Shown one piece after another: positions 24,201 through 38,570 of a stretch of 64,000 nt of DNA. Numbering within the stretch: the stretch's first letter is position 1; every line of letters starts with the position of its first letter. A program made the position numbers and the translations under genes. Origin of the DNA: Marsupella aquatica (Eukaryota; Plantae; Marchantiophyta); assembly GCA_973895155.1 (NCBI GenBank), contig OZ316895.1:17216170-17280169 (forward strand), given 5' to 3'. Under the pieces are notes generated by a model. That model had not been told where the DNA came from. It saw only the letters and a program-made list of their open reading frames with translations, and did no database searches.

Positions 24201-26382
24201 CATGACAACGGCAAGCATAAAATGGAAAAGGACACATATTGAATTAATAGCAACAGATTAATGACTGGACCGTCCTGCATGAACTAAACATGATCAAAAT
24301 TTCACTTGAAGGAATCTCTAAGAACATACAGGAGAACCTATGAAGTCTTTCCCGACCTGTCCTACAAAAGTTGTGACGGTAGACTTCCCATTAGTCCCAG
24401 AAACAGCAGCAATTTTGATGCCTTTGGGCAAAGCTTCAGCTGCAAAGCTGAGCTCAGAAATTGCTGGTACCCCCTGCAATTCACCATCCAAGGAGCAGAA
24501 AACCCAAATTTCACCTTATTAAAAAGGGCGTCTAAACGCTGCGAACTAATTACCACGGGGAATCAAGCAAAGTAAGGCCAATTCCAATTGCTGCAAGCAA
24601 TGTCAATCTTGAGCTAGCATGTCACTCGGAACATATATGAACAATGACAGTATCACGTAGGAATGTACCGCTTGAATGGCTGAGGCTATCTCAGACTGTG
24701 CTGCAGAGACACCAGGCGATAGCACGAGCCGAGATGCTTCATGGAAAGTTTCCCTCTTATGTGGACCCAGTTCGATTCGTAACCTGGTTGCCAATGCAGG
24801 ATCAACCTAGTTTGTAAAAGAAAATTACAACAGAATGTCACTACGAGCTACAGCGATAAAATGCAGAACGAAGATAAATCAGTAAAATTGAAAATTGAAT
24901 TTTGAAAATAAGATAGGCAACCCTTGTTCTGAGAAAGACCACTGCAAAGTGACTCGAGCGGAGACGGCTCCAGACAAGAGTAAAAGATCAATGTCACAGT
25001 GAACTCTGATTTCGATCTCTATGCTGTTCAATTAGATAATCAATGATTACTGATATTCGGCAAATACTTTGATGTCACCAATTTGAAGTTCTTAATAGTA
25101 TTTGGGTTGGGTTCAAGACAATGCTACCGATGCTATCGGCTAATGGTTAAATTGAAATTTAGGCAGAGCATATTCTCCCTGGACAAGAACCTTTTTTAAG
25201 GTGTAATGCAGACCTTTGGTATTTCTACGTCAGCTTTTACGTCTACAGCGACAACGTTTGCCCCACGGGCCAAGGCAAGCTTCACTGCAGCACGTCCAGA
25301 TGCTCCAAGTCCTACAACCTGGCCATTACATCAAATTGAATGAAGTCCTCAAGTACAGGAGAATTCCGAAGATTGCAGTGCAACAACCTCTTCAGTCCAT
25401 TTGAACGTTAAAGATCAGAAAACCAATTCACTGACGGAATCTCAGAACAACATTCAAAACCAATGCACTTTGAACAGCCTGAAACTGCTGAGATCTTAGC
25501 CTAGCATCGCACAGCCTGGGAAACAGGGTCTAATATTTTGCTTCGAGACATCAGATTCAGAGAAAAACTTCCTAAATTCAGGGAAGACCAAATAGAAACG
25601 CATCGTTCGTCACAGTTCTTGTATGCAATCGTTTGAAGCCAAAGAGCATAAACTCTGACGAAACACTAAAGCAACGATAGCAAAATACCTACTGGTTAAA
25701 AATGCAGGGCGATATTTTGGCATGTTATTGAAATGACAAAATGAAGTAGGCAATTTTGCGGTCAAAAGGATTTTGCAGCATTAAACTACGATTTCCACAA
25801 ATATACCTCAACTAGCCTGCACCCATTATTCCACACAAAATTTATGTCGAGAGCAGTGGGTTTAATTAAGAAGGCGAACTTACCACAATGTTTTTTCCAA
25901 TGAGGTCCTGACGCGATTGGACGACAGTGGCTATCAGTCTCGGTCTTCTCACATCTTTTCTTTTCACATGTCCTCTCCAGCTCAAGCTCGTACGAAAGAA
26001 TCCTGACTTCAAGCCAACTCCTACACCACATTCACTTCAGTGTCACTTCCACAAAGTGATTTAGGATATAAAAAAATGCAGTAACTTCAAGCATCCAACA
26101 GAGAATCGAGCTTCCTTCTACTGATACAGGAATCCCACTCCTCAGAATACCCATGTAACCCATCAATATCGCTGCTGCAGGTCTTGTGGCATGGGCCCTA
26201 AACCCTAGACCCTAAACCCTCACCCGCTTTCATGATGTTTTTATTCATTCAGATTCAATACTGATCACAACACAGAGAGGAAACCACTTACCTCTTACAG
26301 ATATCCCTGCTGTATATATCTCATCTACGCATTTTTGAGCTGGAGCACTGCAGCTCAGGTTCAAGCAGCTGGATTGGATCAT
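21244..26382 (-). CDS. MurD: Plastid-targeted UDP-N-acetylmuramoyl-L-alanine:D-glutamate ligase (MurD), multi-exon
   Basis: Exons translate in order to a transit-like N-terminus ([11 protein letters not shown]; 26292-26382, 25884-26020), [80 protein letters not shown] and [20 protein letters not shown], ending at TGA 21244. A few internal junctions are uncertain. Confidence 0.93.
26196..26220. promoter_or_regulatory. Telo-box / short interstitial telomere-type repeat in MurD intron 1
   Basis: ccctaaaccctagaccctaaaccct, preceded by tgggcc (site II-like). Confidence 0.4.
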
Positions 26383-28029
26383 CTCTTCCTTCCTTTTCTT
26401 CTCCAACTTCTACTGTCGAGCTCTACGGCAATAGTACTCGAATTGTATTTGCAATCGACATCGAGCAAATCACTGTAAAGTCAATCTATGCCGACTGGGA
26501 GCGCAGATATCAAGGGACCGTCTCCGTACTCCTGCAGTTAGCGAAGACACCAGGAACTTACTCTCAGACCCACAAACGGAGACCAAACGGAGACCAAACC
26601 AGTGTTTGTTGTTGTGACAAAGAGTCATGGTTAGTTTGTTTATTTATTTTAATTTGGAAAGTAAATGAGGAAGAACACTTAGTAGACTCTCCCACCCCAA
26701 TAGTGGCATACATTGATTGTAGGGACCCCATTTAGGGGTGAGCCTCCAAAACTCACAAGGGGATCCCGCAGCAGGAGAGAGAGAGTATTAAAGTATAACT
26801 ACAAAGTGGCAACTAGTGGCCCAGTAGATAATCAAAACTCCATCCACTACCCACATAACCCATCCCACCAACCAACGTGGGACCTCTTAGTTCCAGGCTA
26901 ATCTTCTAACCAACTAACCTAATAAGCCAGTTGGTTTGGGTATTTTGAAGAATGATATTACACTGAAATCTGAGAGATATTTCTATGTTCTTACAAGGGA
27001 AATTGTTACTGACCCCATGGGAAACTCCTTCGAAAATCCCTGTAAGCATGTGTAGTCACATCAGCAAGAATGATCAGTTATGCAAGTAGAACCAGCCGTG
27101 ACTATTCGTGTTTGAGGCAGGCAAAGAAAAATAGTTAGACCCCATAACTATAAAAACATTCAAAAACTGAAAAGAACACTTAAAAATAATGAAAGAAGGG
27201 GTACAACTAGGGTAAAAAGAAAGTAACTTTTAGATGGGTTGTGATTGATATATCCATGTCTTTTGGTAAATTGTTTGAATTGTCTATATAATTGGCAATT
27301 TTTTGAAATAACCATGGGTAAAAAGAAACTCTTCAGCTTCTATGGTAACATAAGAAACCCTTTCGGCTACTATGAGCATAAAAGCATGATAGTTAAAGAC
27401 AACAGTCACGTCTTGGTAGGACTTTTCCAATATTGCTATACGGCAAACCTCTATTTCAGTCTACCAAGTTGATTCTATTAAGTCATTATTTTAATTTTAA
27501 TTGTAGCCTAAGTATGAGGGCTGTTTCTTTGTTATATCTAATCGAGTCCTCACTTATGTTTTTCTTCATTTCTTTCTCATAACCTGCAAGTCTCCATGGA
27601 ATGTACCCACCACTGCGCTACACTGTCATATTCAGACCTGTCATTACATTTATTTAAGGGCTTCATGACCCACACCCCTGGTCCACATCTCCGTGTCTTT
27701 CACCTGTCCAAGACTTGTTGCATCTGCATTTATTCATAATAAAGTCATTTTCATTATTTTATCAACAAAATTTACTTAATAAATTTAAATAAGATACCGT
27801 AATATGTCTTATATATCTTTTTTGAATATTAAGTTAAGCGGGAAGTAAGATGTTGAGTTATTAGAACAGGTAGCTATAACATAAATTAGTCACAAATTGG
27901 ATTTTCTTGCATAGCTAGTCATTCTTGTTTGTGATCATTAGTAGTGATGTGGCTGCACGTGCTTCCAGGGATTTTGGAAGGAGCTTCTTGTGGGGGTCTG
28001 TAACTAAGCGTTATATTAACTTTAACTAA

Positions 28030-29900
28030 AGGTCTTTTTTAAAGGGCAACATGGCACTGGTTTACTCCAAAGACTGACGTGGCAAAGACCAACAGGGCAA
28101 TCCATAAAGAACAACAAACGCAAGTCAGAACCAAAAGCCATAGAGGCAAATTAAAACCACCCAAAGAAGCCTAAAATTGCCTCAGCACTCTTGTATAACA
28201 TGCAGAATCAAGGCAAGGTCAGCCACCCAGAAAAACAAATAGCCAAGGCTCAAGGCCTGGAGCACTTCCAAAAGAGTAAGTGGCAGTCATACAGACAAGA
28301 GCAAGCATTACAAATCAAAAATGAAACCAGTGGAAGAGGGAGTTCACAACAGACTGTGCTCTTTCAGTCATGGCAGTGAGTGCGGTGAGGGTTTGACTCA
28401 ACCATCTGCAGTGGCCTTTTGCATGCTCCAAGTGCATTGAAGCGTAGCTTGAACATTCACAACAGTCCTCTGGACAATGAGTTGCACCGGAAACCGGCCA
28501 CTGTTAGTGTGAAATTTGTGTTGGTTGTGCTCAATCCAGATGCTAAATGTTCAAGTCAAGATCAGAATAATTGGTGATCTCATTCTATCCATTTCAAAAT
28601 TTGTATGGATCATGCTAAAGTTATCAATGGAGGGAATAGAAGAGTAGCTTGCCAAGCCACTCCTCATATTAGAACCCTTCAAATGAGATGAGCTAAGAAT
28701 CATTTTCCATTTACCCCATACCCGGTTGTTGCAACAGGGGTGCAGCACCAAAAGTGTACTGGTTTTGTTTCCCTACCTCCTTTCCAAGAATGGGGAACGT
28801 GTCAAAATAGTCCAATGCCCATGCAAGCATAGTCTATAGTGATTGAAGTTGAGCAGGCTGCTGTGTTTTTTTAACATAAGTGAGACAGCCAGGCAGCTGG
28901 ACATTGTGGGGAGTCAGCTGGGCAACTCAATTTCAAAGAAGTGTGCAAGCTGTGGAGAGCCATAGGTTAGGCACATTATAGCATGCTCATCCCGGAAGAT
29001 GCTTGATTTTTTGTCTTTAGTGATTTGTAAGTGGATAAAATAAGAGAGTAGAACTATAATACATATTAAAGAGAGAGTGAGATAATGTAGTATAAGTAGA
29101 GCACATGCAAAGAAAAGCACATAGTGACCAATGCAAAGTACAAGCAAGTTCTATGGCACGAAGGTGCTAAGATATGTGCACTTATTAATTAATGACACTC
29201 AATTCAATAAAACCCAGAAACTTAGGAAAGAAAGCCATGAGGAGAACTTAACACACTATGTGTTGAGGTTATTAATAATCATTCCTCTCACTTATAAAAA
29301 GACTTAAAACTTTGTTCAAGTGGTAGAAAATAAAGCCATTGGTTTCACACACTTGAAATCTAGGAGATAACACATTTTTATAATAAGCTCAAAATACTCT
29401 AGTATAACAAGACACAAAAGATATAAATACTACAAAATCTGAAAGGTGGATTCACTCGATTCACCATATAGTAGAGCTGGACACAAAAAAATATAAATAC
29501 TACAAAATCTGAAAGGTGGGTAAACCTTTCAAGGTGGATAAATTTGAAAGATGGATTCACCATATAGTAGAGCTGCACACTTTGGGGAGTCAGCTGGGCA
29601 ACTCAATTTCAAAGAAGTGTTGCAAGCTGGAGAGCCATAGGTTAGGCACACAAAAGCTAGGCAGTGGCACCTGGAGGCCCATTTCATGCATAGAAGAACA
29701 TATCACCTTAATGAAACCAAACCAGTCAAGGAGGCTTCCAGCCATAATGACATTTAGTAAAGAGACCATGAGCTTAAAACAATAGACTACACATTCTAGT
29801 GTAGTGTGAGCCATAATGACATTCAGTAAAGAGACAATGAGCAGAAAAAATGGACTGCATAGCATATTCTAGTGTGAGTGTAATGTGTTTTTTTTTTGTG
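28030..29900 (-). mobile_element. Degenerate LINE 3' relic with local duplications
   Basis: Minus-strand remnants IWIEHN..F and C..VW resemble the LINE ORF2 C-terminus. A ~68-bp segment is duplicated at ~28908 and ~29584. Confidence 0.5.
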
Positions 29901-30139
29901 AGAGGACAGCTTGAAGCTCAGCTCTGCAGATTCGAGAGCGGGATTTTGAGTCACGAAGCTGACCTTCTAGTTTTGTTCTGTCGTGCTCAGTGGAAAAACC
30001 TGTCATTCCAATCAGTGGAGTGGATGAGATAGCGAAATTGGAATGCTTCTACAAAGACGCGGACGCATTGTGAAGTCGGAATTGTAGTGAAGGGCGAAAG
30101 GGTTGACGTGGAGAGAGGCCCTGTTTTCTCATCGACAAT

Positions 30140-33100
30140 ATGGACAGGAGGAGGATGAATTCGGCGCACCACTTGTTGGTTTCGGTCTCCATTGCACTTA
30201 TGTTCTACGCCGAACTCTCTTCCGCTTACGTAATCAGTGACTTTGTCCACTTTTCTCGAAGGGGCCAATACCATGCTGTAATTCCTCTCTGCTTTCCTCT
30301 TATTCCATAATTTTCAGCCGCTTCCTCTGCTCTCGCTCAGACTCTCTTCACTTCACATCAAGCCGTTTGTGTTGGAGGTTTTGATTTCGGAATCTCTGTC
30401 CGCGGATCCACTCAAAGTCATTCTGTGCTTTATTCTTTACCTCTCAAGCCGTCCGGACTACACTGGCTGTGTATAGGAATTATAGTCTCTGCTGATATTT
30501 CGAGTTGAGCATCCTCTCCGAATTTCATTTCTGCACTTAATTTAGGGCTTGGACTGTATGTCCATCGGTGGTTTAGTATCCTGAGGCTTTTTCAGTTTGG
30601 AATTTGGAGTCGAGGAGATCTGTCAATGGTGGAATGTAGCTAGTATTCTGTCAGTTTGGTCCCAGCTCTTGAATGTAATAGGGCCTGGGGGTTTCAAAAT
30701 GTATGTGGCTGACAGATGCGGACGCCTTGGTATGACCAATTGGGTCGTCATTGCCCACGGTTTGGAATCAACAGCGAGGTTGGTCCGTTCTTCCGAGAAA
30801 TCTTTCCGTTCGAATTGTGGCAGCGGCGTTGTTCAAATGATATGTTAATCATCATTTTGCAAAGTCATGAGGCTAGGTCTACGGAAAAGTGTTCAACATA
30901 TAGTTTGCCCTATTTTCAAACTTGAGAGGCTAAGATCTACGAAAAGTGTGCAACATGTAGTTTGCCCTGTTTTTCTAAGATTTTCCCTAATTGCACTACA
31001 AAACAGAATCTCGGGGACCCTTGTTGCATACGCTACAACGTGATGCTGAACTGTGATGCCAGATGGCCTGGAAAGCAAACAGTAAGCCTTTCGTATTGTG
31101 TTTAATTACATGTGGTTGCATCAGGTTGTTCTGCCACTTCCCAAGCCCACAGGCTACACAGGATCAGACCCTTACAAAATGTAGGTAAACCTTTGTCTCC
31201 TTATTTCGGGGTTTGTCGAAGTTTTTTTGCTCAAAAGTCTCATCCTTTTAACTGCAAGTCTGTTATCGAGACCAGCAGTTGTTGCTCATGATGAATGAGT
31301 ATGTTAGACTTTGGCATTCCGAAGTATCTTTGCTGTATAGAAAAGTTTTCCACATTACTAAGTCGTCTTGCTCAGAAGTACTGGTGATACATGAGGTGAC
31401 AATGGAAGCTATTTGTTATGAATGGTCTCTAGGCTTTAAACATTTATCTATGAAATGCATTCTGCGTTGTCACGATCTTTCTGGTTTGCAGATCGTTTTC
31501 ATTTGGCAACGAGAAATATGCAACTCCATGGCTCTTTGTGATCGGCCGGACGGGCGCTGATGTGCCCATGATCGATGTCAACCTGGTGTGTGTACCTGCA
31601 TTATTTCTGTTTAGTACTGGTGTCTGGGAAGGTATTGGATCAGACTTAAAATGCAGAAGGAGTGGCTGTAAATTTAAGCTGATAGTCAGTCGTAACTTGA
31701 AAACTAGAATGAAAAAACTCCGTACTACCTCTATATTAAAAGACCAATTTTCCAGGCGAATCATTTGCTCTTGTCACTTGTCTCAGTCCTGGCTCCGTGC
31801 CCCCATCCCAAGTGTGCCTGCAAGTGGATATTTGGTTTCAGCAGACGCTGCATAATAGTTTGGTCTCTCTCAGAATGGGTTTCTTCCGATTTTCTTGCAG
31901 TCCTTCCTTGAGTGTGAACACATTCAGGTCCGCAGCGGTTTTCACTAATTACGTTCTAAGGAGCTCTGACTCGCTGAACTGTTGTGTTCCAGCTTATCAT
32001 TCTGTAGAACTTTATGGGCAGCTGTGGCACTGCAACGTACATTGCATATTCATTTATTGTCCGTCTGAGGAACAAGTACAATCAAAGTCGTGAGTTGTCT
32101 ACCTGATTCACCAAGTCGAGGAATATGTGAACACTTGTAATATGGAAAGTTATTGGCGTGTGCAGAGATATGCAGGAGGAGATTTGGTGGGTGTCAACGC
32201 CAAGGTTGTTCCCATGCCTGAATCATGTAAGATCCCGCGAAGGCATTATTTTCTTGTTCTGTTTCTTGTCGGTGCGAGTTGTTGGCGGGGGAGGTTGTTG
32301 TTCGTGCTTCGGATCCCCAGATAGATCACGTCCGTTGGTAGAGATTTTTCTTTACGCATGTTTCTTGCAATTTCTAAACTTAATGAAGACAGTTGTCTTT
32401 GATTCGTTCTCCATGGCACGTTTGTTTTGTCTCTAAGATGTGGACAGTTTTGGTCAGATCCTTACTGACAGTGCTTCCCGCAGATCTTAAAGAGCATGAG
32501 AGCATAAAAGCAGACTTCTGGGACACAGAGAAATGGCCAAAGCATGTCCTGGTTCGTTATATCTGGTACAATTTGTTCTCACTTCTGTTAGTTTCAATGA
32601 TTTCATCTCAACTGCGAACGACACCAGTCTCAATGTTAAGATGGTTATCTAGCCTCTGCGCGCATTGTCTAAACCCTAAACCTGTTCTAATGATGGTTCA
32701 GCGTTAGCTCTATAACAAACCATGCTGTTGGCGGTAAAATATTTAGCACACGAAGAATAATTCCCCCAAAATTATTGATCCAATTTCTTGCATGTTTGCC
32801 TGCTTTGCTGTCTGCCTTGCTGGTCATGGGCGTCGGCTATTTCGAATTCGTTGCCTTTATAGATTATTATTATTTTGCCCGTCTTTTTCCAACATACCCT
32901 CCAACACTTAACTGATGAGTGATAAATGCTACAGGGAGGAGAAATCTGAAATTGATGTGACAGGTGGCCTTTTTGTGTTGTTTGGCTCTGGTACGCTTTT
33001 AAGTTCTGGACTTGATATTGTAATTCTAATTTCTTGAGACTTATGTGCTCTTATTGTACGTGTTGAGATCCTAATTATTTTACTCCTGACTTTCAGGGTT

Positions 33101-33437
33101 CGTTTTAACTGTTTTCATGGCTCTTCACATACTTCAATCTTCGAAAGAAAAGCTGTCCAGGTACTTTGTATTTTGTTTTCTTTTGTGGGGGTGAGCCCAA
33201 TCCCGAGGCTAGTCCATAGTTGCTTCTTCAGCAGATGTTTATCTGCTGCTGTTGCTTCAAGACTAGGATTACCAGATAAACTGATCCGAAGGTCTTTTAC
33301 ATTGTTCCTTCTCAAAACAGACTTTGGATGATTCTCTATGGCTAAGAAGTTGACTGTTGTTTTATGAAATGGACAGATTTATTCAGGAAACTGTGGTACA
33401 AGGAACCGTGCCAGGTGGAGAGGCAAAGGCAGACTGA
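30140..33437 (+). CDS. NPU: NO PRIMEXINE AND PLASMA MEMBRANE UNDULATION (NPU)-like membrane protein, ~9 exons
   Basis: Exons give a signal peptide + RRGQYHA (30140-30277), MRTPWYDQLGRHCPRFGINSE, VVLPLPKPTGYTGSDPYKI, PWLFVI..VPMIDVNL, RYAGGDLVGV, FWDTEKWPKHVLVRYIW, EEKSEIDVTGGLFVLFGS, ILQSSKEKLS and RFIQETVV...AD*. These match Arabidopsis AT3G51610 as remembered. Confidence 0.9.
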
Positions 33438-35379
33438 TCCATGGACTCACTGCACGAAAAATCATTTTCTATTGCAAGGTTTCCTGATTTTGTACTAGTT
33501 TGGATCCAAGTATCAGGCAAGCATTCAAATTCAGTTCTCCTCAACCTTCAGAGGCTCGAACTGTGCAGGGTCAGTCATGGGTATACTTTCTGATCTGGCC
33601 ACTCATAGCTGAGATAAGTCATCAATGGTTCCAAATCTTGAATGTCAAGCCGACAAGTGGAGTCAGACCAGAGCGTTTTATACTAGTGTGCCCATGTTCC
33701 TGGTGACGTTGGCGACAGGTAGGCACTTGTGAAGTAATAGTTAGGGGTGCAGATCAAATCACGCATGAAGGACCTGCTAGTCCAGTCTGAACAAAGTCCT
33801 GGAATTGGACTGCCCGGTTTAGCACAGAGGACGCTCTTTGAAGCAGAGGCCGTTATCATCAACAGGTACACATGGCCTGAGTTTCTGGAATTGATGAAGG
33901 CGGGCGCTTGTAGTATTTGGAAAAGAAATTTTTTGTGGTGGAGCAAGACATGGCTTAGGACCTTTCAAAATCTTCTCATTTCACGACTGGCCAGGGTGGG
34001 AGTGAATAATTGACTGTACTGTTCACGCGACTCGTTTGGGACATGGACCCAAAAGAAGTTGAAATGAGGTGAATGAAGAAATATCTGAGTCTCTACTGTT
34101 TTGCTGGTCAAAAGTCTGTGCTGTCTGTACGGTGCTGATCTAGCTTTTTCGAATTGTCTGCAACTACTCTTGAGGATGCTTGTATGGCATTTGAGGGAGA
34201 TCATTTGTTTGTGCAGCCGTGGTTGTGTAATAACACCAGTGTTTGGCAATGAGCCATGATGCTAATATATGCTCTTTAGCGATTCTAGATCGAAAATCAC
34301 AATATCATGGCTTAGAACCACTACGGTAGTCTTTTCAAAACACAAACACACTTCGAGACGCTTGAAATCATTACCCCTTCACATGCTCAACCCAGTAGTG
34401 TATAACTCTTATCACTTTTGCTGCCAATGCAAGAGTCCGAAAGTTGGGGAAGAACGCTTTCAGCACGACGAGGAAGCATGAAACAATGTGATGCATTACA
34501 TGCTTGGGCCCTTAACAGAAATGAATCCTCTTAAATCGCCACGCCAGCAATAGGTGCCGGTGGACTTAGTTATCAAGTCAGTTCCTCACGTTAATTCATC
34601 GCCATTCTTAATGGCGTCTGGTGTAGAGGAGATATAAATGCTTCAAAAAGTCAGATTGAGACCTGCATCTCTTGAAAAAAACTTTCAAAGTGGCATGGAC
34701 AACCCACTACCTCCCTTTCCAACTCTGAGACCACCCTCCCCCGCAGGAGACCATTTCTTACCCTTACTTCCTCATCCTCTCAAACGTGGTTAGATGGGGG
34801 GTTCCATGAAAATCACGTCCTGGATTTGCACAACGAAGAAACGGTCACTTTTGCTTCTTTTGTCTTAGACAGTCCAAATGCACAAGTTTCATGATTGACT
34901 GACATGGCTTCTTAATACAATGCATTTGAATCAAAATATTCCCAGTAAGCCAGAACAGCAATCTCCATAGAAATTTTTGTACATTGACATCCCTGTCTTT
35001 GGCTCACCTAAGTAATTTCATTCCGAGATTCATGGCAAGGGCTCCGATTTTACCCTATACCCCCAAGGCATTTCTTTAGCCCACAATGGAACAATCCAGT
35101 AAAGTTACGGATCATTTCTGCACACCTCGTGGACACCTCCTCATCTAAACTCTTCGTCAACAGGCGACATTTCCCTAGTGTACCACTAATTGACTACACA
35201 GCCTCTGTATCACATGTTCTGCTGTTTTAGCACAGCTTTGCACTATCAAAGCAAACCCATCAGCTTGCTAGCTGAGTTGAAACATTTCAAAATCGATGCA
35301 CCTTGCCTTATGTCATGATGAAAGAGATGAAATTCATGCAGGACCCTTATTGGATTATGAGTAAGGTGCCTCCTGTATG

Positions 35380-38300
35380 TCAGTCCCTAGCGTCAAGGGT
35401 TACGGGAATTTTTAATGTAGTATCGCCACGCAACACTTCCACTTCCACCTGCAGCGAGTACTCCAAGTTTAGATCAACGAACCAAGAGGGAAAACAAATT
35501 CCGATTGACGCAAAACAATAGAATCCTCTGGCCATAACTAGGCTCAGGAAGCTTACCGTCTCCCCCACTTTACATCGATCAAGAATCTTGTACAGATCAC
35601 TTCCATTCGTAACTTTCTGACCATTCAAAGAAGTTATGACGTCGCCAAGCACCAGCCGACCATAATTATCACGGGTTGTTTGCTTTAAGCCCTGCAAGTG
35701 GGATGATAACGTTGTTTAACAAAACAAAAAATCAGCAACACCAAGGATATCTCTGATTAGCGGTAGACCTAGCAAGTTCTTATTGCACACCACCAGTTGA
35801 CAACAAACACATGGACCAGGCCTGTTAAGGCAAGTTTCACGGTGAAGAACTCATAGTTAGCCAAAGCTTCTGACTTAGGGTTCCATGAATCAGAACTTAC
35901 AGCCTTGCCAGCGGGACCTGATGGAGGAGCATCAAGAACCAAAACTCCACTCACTCCCAGCTGCTCTACTGATTGTTCAGGGGCGAAGGATATTCCCAGA
36001 ACAGGTCTTGTAACCTTTCCGAATTTGACAATCTGTTCCACTATGCCACTGACCTGTAACTCACAACTCAGGATCAGAACCCACCTTTAAGACTATACCT
36101 ATATAAAACTTAGTGGAAACCCAATAGAAAACAAAACCTCGAAATGCGATCTGCCACTAGGTTTGCAGGATTGAAAACGAAGTAACGAGCTGAAACATTG
36201 CATCATTCATCACGTGACCACATGGTCGTGCTACCATTAAACTCTTAGACTAGACAGGCACAGCAACATCATTTCATGCAGTTCAGCTCTGCTCTGAGTT
36301 GTATCCGTCAATCAAACAGTGCTAGCTCCGGTGAATAAGGAACTTACTGTATCAACAGGAATGGAAAACCCAACTCCAGATGACGTCCCAGACGGGGAAT
36401 AAATTGCTGTGTTAATGCCTATTAGATTGCCGGAACTGTCAAGTAGAGGACCCCCGCTGTTACCGGGGTTTATAGCTGCATCAGTTTGAATGACATCTTG
36501 TATTGGACGGCCAGTTGCTGCAGAGCTAATCTCCCTTCTAAGTCCACTGCATGAAACCACCGAAACATCGTCTCATTCTGCTGCCTTCGGAAGAAACATC
36601 AATTTGAAAAATCAACCTTAGACGCATGGCAAGATATTGCGAGGGAAAAAAAAAGGAGTTACCTAATAACCCCAGTTGTTAGCGTGTGGTCGAGACCAAA
36701 CTGTAGCAACATAGCAGCCATAAATGAGCAGTCTGTCATTCAGAATTTTGATTGCAAAGTGCAAAGTCCTCAGGAAAATAATTGCTAAAGCAAGTGCTTT
36801 GAGGTCAACTCCAGTAGCCAGCTACATGAGGGGCATAGATAGTGATTTTCAAATAGATGTGATTATAGGCCAAGAAATGAGCTTTTAAACTTACCGGATT
36901 ACCAATTGCAAACACTTTCTGGCCTACAAGGAGATCAGACGAGCTTCCTACGGGCAAAGGTCTAAGTTTGTCCTCTGGAGCATCGATGTGCAGAACAGCA
37001 ACATCCTTATCTTCATCGTAGCCTACCACATCGGCCTCGTACACAGATTGATCACCGAGAGTCACCCTGCAGTATAGTGGGTGCCAAGCGTGATTAAGAC
37101 AACAATTTTCAATATCCCCAAGCACATTTCCCACATCTGAAAATCGTATTTCTTTGGTCAGTACGCCTGGATCAAATTGTTTTTGCAATTGAGTACAGAC
37201 GTCCAAAGGATGAGATTCAGTATCCATTTTATTCCAACAATTTTCATCGCTTTATATCTAAAAAAAGTCTCATCTTGTAGATTCTTTCATGTTCTAAAGC
37301 TCCATACCTGAGATCAGATGCCCCTCTGATGACGTGGTAGTTGGTCACAACATGACCTTGTTTGTCCCAAATGAAACCTGAACCGGATCCTTGCGGAACG
37401 GCCATTACATCCAGAGTGAAAACATCCCGTCTGCAGGGCCAACCAACCTACAAAGTAAGAACTCAACACGAATTTGACTAGGGGCGTTCCTAAGATGTAG
37501 AAAATACTGGCAAAAGCGTGAGAGCTCCTGAAGTCTAAAGCACTTTCCAGTGGTGCTTCCCAAGAAATTTAAATCACTGTAATTGCTTAAGAGGTAGAAT
37601 TGAGCCACATTCAACCCACCGGACAGCTAGATTGGTGATATACACCACCGATGGAGTGTTCTCTTTGAAAAGCTGCACCGTTGCAAGCTCCTCTCTTTGC
37701 AGCTTCCTAGGCGGTGCAGCCACAAATGCATGAGAATCCAATCCGGTCGTCATCACTGACAGTATAATCGCCACGGATGTGATAAACACCACTACATCGG
37801 ACTGCAATTTTTCTGACGAGGATGTGAATTTCTCCAGCGAGGATGTCAACCCATTTAGACTATCTAAGAAACGTCCGGAGGGTTTAACAACATAATTATT
37901 TCTCACTTTCTGCCAAACAGAAAGACAGGAGGTCACAAGGTGCTGAAACACTGATGGCTCTTCAAAATCTGAGGAAGTGCAGGAATTTGATTGCTCCAGC
38001 TCAGAGTCCATCCCTGAGACGCAGTTGCTAATTCCATCATGTCCTCCCCGCTCTTCAGAACTACTAGTGGCTCTCAGATTCCTCGATAGGTGTGTCGGAT
38101 GAGCATTTTCATCTCCAAGTCTGCCAATCAGGTCGCCTGAATTCCTTTTCCCCTCATAACTAGCACCAGGCTGCTTATGCAATCCATGTGGTGAAGCATC
38201 CCCCGCCCTAACTCTAATGCGATCCTCCCACTTCTGCCTCTGAGCAGCAGCTTCCCTTAACCATTTCCTAGGACGCCCAGTCAAACGAATTCTGTCCAAT

Positions 38301-38389
38301 TCCGTCCTGGATTGCATTCTGCACGACGGCATGAGAGGATAGACCAATTGAGACTGAACACATTGTAGCGCCATGGAACAAGAAGCCAT
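35380..38389 (-). CDS. DEG1: Thylakoid-lumen Deg/HtrA serine protease DEG1 (trypsin + PDZ), 8 exons
   Basis: Motifs [36 protein letters not shown] (His), DKDVAVL (Asp), [26 protein letters not shown] (Ser) and [19 protein letters not shown]. Long bipartite targeting N-terminus. Confidence 0.95.
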
Positions 38390-38532
38390 GGCAGCGTGCG
38401 TCAATTCAGCGCCCAAGCCTCCGACGCTATGGCCACGAACAAAGCTCCTAAACCTCTCCCACCCCAAGGACAACAATGCAGAAGGAATGAAGCCACAACC
38501 AGTGGCAAGGCTTGCAACTCAAGTAAACCCCC

Positions 38533-38570
38533 AAGGCAAGGCAAGGCAAGGCAAGGCAAGGCAAGGCAAC
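38533..38570. repeat. (GGCAA)n microsatellite in the DEG1 5' region
   Basis: Direct inspection. Similar SSRs at 15488 (TGGAC), 15736 (GGATC), 38899 (GGAGA) and 40231 (AAACC). Confidence 0.9.
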
